Shown: one piece after another, positions 19,437-26,979 of the stretch
How positions within the stretch are numbered: the first letter of the stretch is position 1
Layout: each line of letters starts with the position of its first letter
From: Thermoproteota archaeon
GTDB taxonomy: Archaea; Korarchaeota; Korarchaeia; Korarchaeales; Korarchaeaceae
DNA: 64,000 nucleotides
Reading direction: 5' to 3'
NCBI GenBank assembly: GCA_026986575.1
Contig: JALSOH010000009.1
Coordinates: forward strand, 32,001-96,000
Notes under the pieces: generated by a model
Told to the model about the DNA's origin: nothing
Database searches by the model: none
What the model saw: only the letters and a program-made list of their open reading frames with translations
Position numbers and translations under genes: made by a program

Positions 19437-20016
19437 GCTCGATCCTTGGGCCGTCAGGATGGACTACTCCAAGGGCACCTTCTCAACCACCGTTGGCTTC
19501 GACTACGGCATAGTCCTCTGGGACGCTACTGAGGACAGGATATACAGGAGGGATCAGATAGATCTCGTGGACCCCTCGAACGAGATATGGAAGGTCACCA
19601 TAACCGGAACTCCGGGACAGATAGCCTTCGCCCCTGTGAGGAAGGTGCTGGCTAAGGGTAAGGATGGGGTGATGCTCGTGATCGACAGCGCACGTCCAGT
19701 TCAGATGGTCTACGCGTTGAGCCAGTATCAGGAGGCGAGGGAGTCTGCTGGTTCCGTGCCTCTCATAATACTCGCTAATAAGCAAGACCTTCCACATGCT
19801 AAGAGTGCCGAGACGATAGCCTCCCTCTTGGGCATAAGGTGCAGAGTCGTCCCGATATCCGCGCTGAAGGGGACCAATGTGGAGGAAAGCTTTCTCCAGT
19901 TTCTCAAGGAGGTAAGGAGAAGCATCCTCGCTAAGTCCATATCGGAGAGATTGGCCGAGAGAAAGGAGTCAAGGTGGATATCTTGGATGAGAAGAAAGCT
20001 AGCATCATCCGTTTGA
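19372..20016 (+). CDS. MglA/CvnD-type small GTPase (copy A)
   Basis: G1 GPHQAGKST, G2 TTVGFDYG, G3 GTPGQ (no Asp, as in MglA-type GTPases), G4 NKQD, G5 SALKG. Confidence 0.85.
   Translation: MRKMRLVVMGPHQAGKSTLIHRLDPWAVRMDYSKGTFSTTVGFDYGIVLWDATEDRIYRRDQIDLVDPSNEIWKVTITGTPGQIAFAPVRKVLAKGKDGVMLVIDSARPVQMVYALSQYQEARESAGSVPLIILANKQDLPHAKSAETIASLLGIRCRVVPISALKGTNVEESFLQFLKEVRRSILAKSISERLAERKESRWISWMRRKLASSV
19435..19628 (+). repeat. 194-bp perfect direct repeat, copy 1 (inside GTPase A)
   Basis: Base-by-base identical to 32021-32214 (aggctcgatccttggg...ggacagatagcctt). Confidence 0.95.
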
Positions 20017-20546
20017 GGGCTGACCTTTCTTTTAGACCCAAACCCAAATGCACGCTTACCTCCTCGGGTTACCGCGTCGAGGTGCTACCGATGGGATGTT
20101 CCTCTACCTGCGCCTCAATAATGATGGTCTCCTCCCTACCTACCCTCCGTCCCGAGGTCAGATTGATCGTCTGCGAAGAGGCGATCTCCATCAAATTGAG
20201 TGGTGTCCCGATACCCAAATCAAACCCTATCCTCATAGTACACAACAGATGCGACTTGGAGCTCGGCGGGAGGACGCTCGTGCTTCCCTGTGGGGAGGGG
20301 GCCCTCCCCACCTACTTGGAGGTCAGTAGCGTTAGAGAGGAGATGCAGGAAATAGGTCTCAATTTAAGGGGAAAGGTACTCTACAAAGGCGATCTCTCGA
20401 TATACCTCCTTCAACTGCCCACCGGAGGAGAGTTAATAGCAGGAGCAGGAGGTTCGATCATATTCAACCCTGGCAGCTACCTACTGATCACTGAGGCAGG
20501 AAGATCTAGACTCAAAGTAGATGGGGAAGAACTGATCCTCCCCTGA
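19974..20546 (+). CDS. Hypothetical beta-rich protein
   Basis: 190-aa ORF overlapping the GTPase A end and converging on the pilin operon; no family recognised. Confidence 0.55.
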   Translation: MDILDEKKASIIRLRADLSFRPKPKCTLTSSGYRVEVLPMGCSSTCASIMMVSSLPTLRPEVRLIVCEEAISIKLSGVPIPKSNPILIVHNRCDLELGGRTLVLPCGEGALPTYLEVSSVREEMQEIGLNLRGKVLYKGDLSIYLLQLPTGGELIAGAGGSIIFNPGSYLLITEAGRSRLKVDGEELILP

Positions 20547-20548
20547 AA

Positions 20549-21061
20549 TCAAGGAACTTCAACGCTTTTGGAGACAATTTTCCCATTATCTAGGGTACCC
20601 CCTACCACCAGGATCTTACCGCTGGGTACGTACTCGGAAGGAATGAAAAGGGAGAGCTCCAAGCTTTCCTTAGGGTCAAGAGGGGCATCTAGTTGATAAC
20701 CACCCGTCACATTCTCTCCTGTGATGAGGTACACCTCTCCCCGCCCGAAGCCTAGGGTCTTGAATTGAAGCTTAACTATGGGGGAGCTACCTGCGTTACT
20801 AATCCTGAGATCTATGGCGTATCCACCCGTTGGATCCCTTAGGTAGCCGTATAGAGATGTAGGATATGAAAAGCTATAGATAGCATCGCTCGCGAGGTTA
20901 AAGGGTGGCTCAGGGAGATACTCAGATCTCAGTATCCTCACGTAAATGTCCTCTTCCAGCTCTCTAGCGGAAATAGTGGTCTGATACGCTATGAAGAGAC
21001 CTACAACGATCGAAATAGCGAGGACAATCGCTATCCAGCTCACATTCTCCGCGGTCTCCAT
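20549..21061 (-). CDS. Type IV pilin-like protein (no leader peptide)
   Basis: N-term METAE + hydrophobic helix, beta domain 'LRISNAG'; SD GGAGGT right before the ATG. Confidence 0.7.
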   Translation of the reverse strand: METAENVSWIAIVLAISIVVGLFIAYQTTISARELEEDIYVRILRSEYLPEPPFNLASDAIYSFSYPTSLYGYLRDPTGGYAIDLRISNAGSSPIVKLQFKTLGFGRGEVYLITGENVTGGYQLDAPLDPKESLELSLFIPSEYVPSGKILVVGGTLDNGKIVSKSVEVP

Positions 21062-21081
21062 TTTGAACCTCCCATTGGAGA

Positions 21082-22677
21082 TCAGCGATAGAGCGCGAAG
21101 AGTGCCGGGGAGACCAGCGAATGAATAACCACTATCATTATCATCGAGACTATCGCGTATAATATACTCTGAATGTTTCCATGCCTAGTACCATCTGAGA
21201 CGCTGCTTGTGAAGATCCCGAATATGAAGATGAACATAACGGCGAATAGAAAGTAAACATCGATTATCCACGTCTTCGCCTTGAGGAAGGAGAGCAGCAT
21301 CAACATACCCTGCATCCCCGTGGCTATCTGGGTTCCCGCGTGTTGGACCTGAGCCATGGATTCGGACACCTTCTCACCTAGGAAGGCCATGAGGTCAACG
21401 AAGAGCATGCTGAAAGAGAGACTAACTGCCATCAGAAAGCTGTTCATGGAGAGAGTACCCCTTATCTTTTCGTAAACGGTGGACATGAGAGCTATTATCG
21501 TTCTGACGTTAAGAAGCGCTTCGTATCCGTAGATTCCCTTCTGGAGATCCGTTATCAGCTTCTTATATATCTTGTAAACGTAAATCCTCTCGAAGTCCTT
21601 CTTCTCAGGTATCTCCCCCACATTAACTAGGTTACCTAGGCTGAATTTGAGGACCTTCGAGAACCTCCCGTAAATGTCTAGGGGCATCGAGGTCACAGCC
21701 TCGGTGAATGTCTGCCCTATACTTATCCTCCCTCCCAAATCGGCTAGGAAAACCGGAAGGAACGTGTAGGTGTCCTTTCTCAGCCCAATGTACTCCTTAG
21801 TAGCTAGATATCCTACGATGAAAAAGGTCAGGACCCCCAAGAACAGGGAGTAAGTGCCGATTATGAAGTAACCAGCTACAGAGACCAGAGCGGCGAAAAT
21901 CAGCTGGATGAAGAACAACTTCCCACTGAACATTATTTGCTCGGGGTAGTACAGGAACTTGTTCTCTGAGAACAGGAGTATGAGCCCGACACCAAGCCCT
22001 AGGGCGAGGTTGATGAATAAGTACTCGACGAAGGGCATGTTGGCCACTCCACCGAGGAGAACCAGCATGAGGGGGGTCATTATGATGAAGGGCATGAGAC
22101 CGCTCAGGAAGGAGTTTATGAACCGTTCGAATGTCTCAATATTCCTCTGACTGTCTATGATCTCCTGCTGTATAACCATACTGAAAATCCCCTTGGTATC
22201 AATTCCCGTTGTCATCCCGTTGTATATGCTCGTCAGGAAGCTCTTGAAGCTCACTCCCAGTCTCTTTTCCTCTTGGAGAACCCTATTGATAGCTTCCCTC
22301 AGGTCCATGCCCATAAAGTAGAAGTAACCCATGATCTTCCTGAAGACATAGCTCCCCTCATATTCCCTCATTCGGGCGAACTGGTCAAATATGCCCGTGA
22401 CATCGAAACCTGCGTTGGCTAGTATGAAGCCATGCAACGCGAAGAGCACAGTCTCTCTGTTCACGAGCCCGTAATCCCTCCCCGTGGTGAAGAGACCGTA
22501 AAGGAGCATGATGGCGAAGAGAGGGATGAGGACGAGCACAACGTAATAGCCCGTTACGTAAGCGAGCACTCCGAGTAGCAGTGAGGAGGCGATTACCTTC
22601 TTTATGGCCCCCTCGAGCCTCTCCTTAGCGTTATATACTCCCCTCTTTTCAAGCTCAAGGGCTATAGCATCTAACAA
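21082..22677 (-). CDS. Type IV pilus platform membrane protein (TadC/ArlJ/T2SS-F family)
   Basis: 531 aa with two cytoplasmic T2SS-F-like domains ('G..LREAI', 'LPVFLADLGGRISIGQTFTEAV....YGRFS') alternating with TM bundles; in an operon with the ATPase. Confidence 0.8.
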   Translation of the reverse strand: MLDAIALELEKRGVYNAKERLEGAIKKVIASSLLLGVLAYVTGYYVVLVLIPLFAIMLLYGLFTTGRDYGLVNRETVLFALHGFILANAGFDVTGIFDQFARMREYEGSYVFRKIMGYFYFMGMDLREAINRVLQEEKRLGVSFKSFLTSIYNGMTTGIDTKGIFSMVIQQEIIDSQRNIETFERFINSFLSGLMPFIIMTPLMLVLLGGVANMPFVEYLFINLALGLGVGLILLFSENKFLYYPEQIMFSGKLFFIQLIFAALVSVAGYFIIGTYSLFLGVLTFFIVGYLATKEYIGLRKDTYTFLPVFLADLGGRISIGQTFTEAVTSMPLDIYGRFSKVLKFSLGNLVNVGEIPEKKDFERIYVYKIYKKLITDLQKGIYGYEALLNVRTIIALMSTVYEKIRGTLSMNSFLMAVSLSFSMLFVDLMAFLGEKVSESMAQVQHAGTQIATGMQGMLMLLSFLKAKTWIIDVYFLFAVMFIFIFGIFTSSVSDGTRHGNIQSILYAIVSMIMIVVIHSLVSPALFALYR

Positions 22678-23161
22678 CTTCTACATCACCAGACTCCAAC
22701 CACATTATCACGAGGTAGTAGTCCTCTGATGGGTAGGAGGATATGGAGGGGAGATCTGTTAGGTTGACATCCACTTCAACCAATTCCTTCGCTGGGAACG
22801 ATATGACAGTTCCGTTCACCTCTGAGTACTTGGTTCCATTGTAGTAGATCGTGAGGTTCTCCCCGGTTTCACTGTAGAACACGGATATCCTGTCGGTGTA
22901 AACCCAGTCTCCGTAGTTGTAGAAGTGTATGGCAGTGTAATTGTGATCGGGGACGAGGCTTCCCCCGCTCAAGCGGTAGGTGGTGTTGGTATAGCAGGCC
23001 ACGACCGCTATGGATTTGCTGGAAGCCTTGGATGAGAGCCTGCTTATGTATGTGTGGGCCTCGGAATACTGGCTGTATGCCTTGATAAAAGCAGTAGAGA
23101 CTATAGCTAAGGCAACCAAAACTATACCTACCATAGCGAGCTTGGAAAAAGAGAGTTCCAA
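22655..23161 (-). CDS. Type IV pilin-like protein (no leader peptide)
   Basis: MELSFSK + hydrophobic helix, 'FYNYG'; the upstream gene's stop is in frame 4 codons before the TTG. Confidence 0.7.
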   Translation of the reverse strand: MELSFSKLAMVGIVLVALAIVSTAFIKAYSQYSEAHTYISRLSSKASSKSIAVVACYTNTTYRLSGGSLVPDHNYTAIHFYNYGDWVYTDRISVFYSETGENLTIYYNGTKYSEVNGTVISFPAKELVEVDVNLTDLPSISSYPSEDYYLVIMWLESGDVEVVRCYSP

Positions 23162-23173
23162 GGGGAGGTCCCC

Positions 23174-23605
23174 TTACGGAATCTCTATAGTCTGGGCAGC
23201 GGTCGTTCCATCACTGAAAGTAGCAGTTATCACCAAGGATTTGCTTCCAGAGACGTACCCTCCAGAGACCTTCACAGTGATATCCATTGTACCCTTCGGC
23301 GGTATGTTCAGAGTGGTGAGGTCAGCGGGACTTATTGGAGTCACGGAAGCGCCAGAGCCGAACCCGACGGGAGAGAGGTCTATACCAGTCAGCGTGTTTC
23401 CTCCTTCACCGGTGTTCACTATTCTGAAGCTGATGACGTAGGAGGAGTCAGCATCGGAGTACTGGCTGTTTATCAGCCTAACATAGAACCTCTGCCCGAC
23501 CTGCTGAGCTCCAGTGAGCACCTGACCCATCAGGAAGAGACCCACGACTGCCACAACCACCAGTACCAAGGCGATCCACACGACCTTTTCCACGGTTATC
23601 TGCAA
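23174..23605 (-). CDS. Type IV pilin, candidate major pilin (no leader peptide)
   Basis: M-QITVE + hydrophobic helix (QxS/TxE archaeal pilin motif), 'FRIVNTG', 'IPPKG', 'ITATFSDG'; SD GGAGGGTG; AT-rich upstream region. Confidence 0.8.
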   Translation of the reverse strand: MQITVEKVVWIALVLVVVAVVGLFLMGQVLTGAQQVGQRFYVRLINSQYSDADSSYVISFRIVNTGEGGNTLTGIDLSPVGFGSGASVTPISPADLTTLNIPPKGTMDITVKVSGGYVSGSKSLVITATFSDGTTAAQTIEIP

Positions 23606-23860
23606 GGACTATACACCCTCCTTTATCATCTGCCATCCAAATAAAAAGATAGCCTTTCTTTTCCTAGAGCAATCGCCGACGTCCCTTATTTTTCTTTAAA
23701 GACAGTTTAGATCTGGAAAATTTGTAGGAAAAAAGAGAACAGAGGCTCTCCACGCAATCATGTCTTTATGGTAAACCCAATTATATAGATTAATTAGTGA
23801 CTGGTTGAATGCACAATATAATCAGTTCTAATGGCTAAGATTCAAAAATTTCAGGGATGT
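23606..23860 (-). promoter_or_regulatory. AT-rich internal intergenic region, probable promoter for the pilin sub-operon
   Basis: 255-bp AT-rich gap in an otherwise tightly coupled operon; contains TATA-like stretches (e.g. CTATATAA, TTTAAA on the minus strand). Confidence 0.45.
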
Positions 23861-24232
23861 TCAAAGGCCCACGTTGTACTGGAACACGTGCTTTCCAACA
23901 TTCACGGCTATGATTACAACATCTCCTCTGAGATTCCCGTCACAGTAGCCGAACAACTTGACGGTCCTCTCTGTGTATGAGATCTCGCTCACATTGCATG
24001 GAGATCCATTAGTTTTCATAACCGTAATATTCTGAATTTCGCTATCTGATGTAATAGAAATGATGAACCAAGTTCTATTCTGTGAGAATTCAGAGTCCTC
24101 GACTCTAACCATTATACCCGGCTCCATGATCTTCATTTGGGTGGGGAGGACCTCAAACACTATGGATCCCACTACGATGATTGACGTAAGAGCTATCACG
24201 ATGAGGGATATGGTCTCTAGTGTTATCTCCAA
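23861..24232 (-). CDS. Type IV pilin-like protein (no leader peptide)
   Basis: M-EITLE + hydrophobic helix; TTG start 4 nt after the ATPase stop with SD GGAGGTGA. Confidence 0.72.
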   Translation of the reverse strand: MEITLETISLIVIALTSIIVVGSIVFEVLPTQMKIMEPGIMVRVEDSEFSQNRTWFIISITSDSEIQNITVMKTNGSPCNVSEISYTERTVKLFGYCDGNLRGDVVIIAVNVGKHVFQYNVGL

Positions 24233-24236
24233 GGGC

Positions 24237-25814
24237 TCACCTCCTGTAATACCACCTGACCAGCTCCCTGTAGAAGTCCTCCAGCTCTAAGTCCATGTGA
24301 GTGAGTAGGAAGTCCAGCCTGTCCTCGAACTCATCCCTGAGATCGCTGACGGGTACGTTGGTTCTGGAGTGCAGCTGCCACAGGAACCTGTCCAGATCGA
24401 AGTCGGTGGGGTGCTGGTACACACGTATCATATCACCCGTGCTTATGTCTACCATGTAGATCTGGTCCAAGACCCTCCTGTCCTCCTTTATATTCAGGAA
24501 GAGGAGGGACCAGAGCTCCCTCATCACCGAATTGATCAGCTCCTCACTGGCGTTCTCTCCGTAGTACATCCTGAGGAGCATCCTGACCCTCAGCTTGAAT
24601 TCCTCCACCGTGTTGGCGTGTATGGTGAAGGCCAGCCCGTGACCGGTCTGAGAAGCGATCACATCCCCCAGCTCCCTTCCCAAGACCTCAGCCAGTATCA
24701 GGAGGTCGGGGGTGATTCTGAGGGCGAACTTCACTATCTCGTAGAATTCCCCTCCCCTAGCGTAGTAGGGGACCCAACTGTTACCCTTGAACCTCAGAGC
24801 GAGCTCCTCAATGTCCTCTATTGTTACCAGCTTCTTTCTCGGATCGAACATGGCCAGGGCGGCGTTGAGGAGGGTGGTCTTGCCCGTACCCACTGGGCCC
24901 GAGTAGGCGACCTTGCCCTTGTGGTCGACCATCATCCATATGGCCACGGCTGCCTCGGGTGAGAGGGACCCGAACTTTATCAGGTCATTGAATAGGAACG
25001 GTTTAGCGGGGAACTTCCTTATCTGCACAGTGGTCTGCTCGCTCTTAACCCCGCCGAAGCTCGCAGCCACTCTGAATCTGAGGCTCCCGTCCTTGCTCTT
25101 GTACATGAAGGAGACGAGCGGGGTGGCCTCGCTTATACCCCTCCCGTAGAGCGAGGCGATCCTAGAGGTGAACCTCCTAAGAGCTATCTCCGTCGGGAAC
25201 CTGACGTTGGTGTTTATCCACCTGCCCGCGAAGCGCCTCATCTTCACCCTGACAGGCTCCGTTCCCTTAACATCGATGTCAGTTATGTTCCAATCGTATA
25301 TGAGGGGCTGGATCATGCCGAAGCCTATGGTGTCCCTCAGCACGTAGTACATGACCACATCTTTCCTCAGGTTGAACTCGGTCTCAAGCCTGTACTTCCT
25401 GACTATGTCCTGTATAACCTCCTCAAGCCTACCAGCCACGAGTTTGTCGTAGTACTGCTCTTGGAACATCATCACGTCCGAAAGTATGAGGTTGATCAGT
25501 TTCTTGTCGTTCTTGGTGAGCATCCACTCGTTGACCACGTACCTGTAGCTTCCATCAGACTCCCTCACTAGGACGTTGGTGAAGCCCGTCCCCTCGGCCC
25601 TCATCAGTTCCCTACCAGGAGGAACTTCCTCCCTGGTTACGTAGATCTCCTTACCTATGATTGGTATCTTAAGCTCTTCCTGTTCCTTTCTCCTTCTTTC
25701 CTTCTTGCTCTCCAGATCGACCGATTCCAACCCCTCTATGACGCTGACCATATTCAGATTCAGGGAAATTCCCCTGAGAGGAAACCTCAACTTCCCGATC
25801 CCTAACATAAGCAC
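24237..25814 (-). CDS. Type IV pilus assembly ATPase (TadA/ArlI/VirB11 family)
   Basis: Walker A GPVGTGKTT, Asp box TIEDIEEL, Walker B LRITPDLLILAEV, His box TGH...TIHA; archaeal N-domain 'YYVLRDTIGFG.I.PL..D'. Confidence 0.92.
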   Translation of the reverse strand: MLMLGIGKLRFPLRGISLNLNMVSVIEGLESVDLESKKERRRKEQEELKIPIIGKEIYVTREEVPPGRELMRAEGTGFTNVLVRESDGSYRYVVNEWMLTKNDKKLINLILSDVMMFQEQYYDKLVAGRLEEVIQDIVRKYRLETEFNLRKDVVMYYVLRDTIGFGMIQPLIYDWNITDIDVKGTEPVRVKMRRFAGRWINTNVRFPTEIALRRFTSRIASLYGRGISEATPLVSFMYKSKDGSLRFRVAASFGGVKSEQTTVQIRKFPAKPFLFNDLIKFGSLSPEAAVAIWMMVDHKGKVAYSGPVGTGKTTLLNAALAMFDPRKKLVTIEDIEELALRFKGNSWVPYYARGGEFYEIVKFALRITPDLLILAEVLGRELGDVIASQTGHGLAFTIHANTVEEFKLRVRMLLRMYYGENASEELINSVMRELWSLLFLNIKEDRRVLDQIYMVDISTGDMIRVYQHPTDFDLDRFLWQLHSRTNVPVSDLRDEFEDRLDFLLTHMDLELEDFYRELVRWYYRR

Positions 25815-25821
25815 ACCCCCC

Positions 25822-26970
25822 TCACGGTAAACCGGGAGATCCCTCCATGAACTCGGACGAGAAGACCCTGCCGAGATCAGTAACTATCTCCACAGCCGTT
25901 ATCTTGTTCCTCGCATCCTCGAAGGAAAACCTAGAGTAAGTGGCAGGGCTCAGACCCTCAGGCAGATCCCCGAAGGAGAGCTTCCTCACCTGAGGGGGAG
26001 TGAGATACGTGGGTGCAGCGAATATCTCATCAAACCAAGCATCATCGGCCATGCTGGTGCTCTGAGGAAGATTTATCTGGTTCAGATTGGGCTGGAAGCC
26101 GCTATCTATCTCGGATTCGAAGTCCACAATTCGCCCGTTGACGAGGAAGTAGAACTCACTGATCCAGTTAGTGCCATTCCAGTACCTCCTCGTGGTCACG
26201 CAGTAGTGGTTCCATTCATCCGGAGCCGCTACTCTCTCATCGGGCTGATCCAGTTCCATCCCGTTGGTTATCTTCGCGATGATTCTGGGACTACCTGAGT
26301 GCGGGTCCACCCAAAACTCGAAATCCTGAAGCTTCAGCAGGAGCCAAGGAGATCCCGATCCCTTGGGATTCCTGACCATGATCCAGGAGCATCCGGTGTA
26401 GTTGTAACTCGAGGGGAGCTGGAAGTGACCCACTCCCCAGTTATCGTAATTTAGATCCACGTGCAGAGAGAAGCCCCTCAGCCCCGCCTCCAGCCTAGCT
26501 GCGATGGGGTTGTTCCCCCACCTGAGATCCCCCACACCCCTATCATCATAAATGGTGACGAACCCTGTGCAATCGGGCTGATCACACTCTAGATGGGGCC
26601 TTACGTACTCCAAGAGGCTCACCTTCACGGATTCACCTTCCCCGAGCGGAACCCCCGGACCGGTCCATGTGCCAGCGGGAAGGTTAGTGTCGTTTATCGA
26701 GAGTTCCTTGAAGAAGGTGGGTGTCCTTGATCCGTTGATGTGGACGTAGAGATACCTTAACACCGTAGATCTTCCCCTATTAACTACCAGGAGGCTATAC
26801 CTGTCTAACCATCTTATGAGAACGCTCTCTTTGGATCTCTCCCTCTCCATCTCCAGTTTCTTCCTCATCTTGACCACTGACTGACTCGCGGAAGTCTGCG
26901 CGCTAAGGAAGAAGGAGAGAGCTATCACTGTCAAAAAAACAAAGAAGATGAGGCCGATGGCGCTGTCCAC
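25822..26970 (-). CDS. Minor pilin-like protein with inserted LamG/ConA-like domain
   Basis: N-term (V/M)DSAIG + TM helix, 'ERERSKE', LamG motifs WNHYC...F.VNG...WFDE, C-term VTDLGRVF. Confidence 0.7.
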   Translation of the reverse strand: MDSAIGLIFFVFLTVIALSFFLSAQTSASQSVVKMRKKLEMERERSKESVLIRWLDRYSLLVVNRGRSTVLRYLYVHINGSRTPTFFKELSINDTNLPAGTWTGPGVPLGEGESVKVSLLEYVRPHLECDQPDCTGFVTIYDDRGVGDLRWGNNPIAARLEAGLRGFSLHVDLNYDNWGVGHFQLPSSYNYTGCSWIMVRNPKGSGSPWLLLKLQDFEFWVDPHSGSPRIIAKITNGMELDQPDERVAAPDEWNHYCVTTRRYWNGTNWISEFYFLVNGRIVDFESEIDSGFQPNLNQINLPQSTSMADDAWFDEIFAAPTYLTPPQVRKLSFGDLPEGLSPATYSRFSFEDARNKITAVEIVTDLGRVFSSEFMEGSPGLP

Positions 26971-26979
26971 CTAAGTCCC

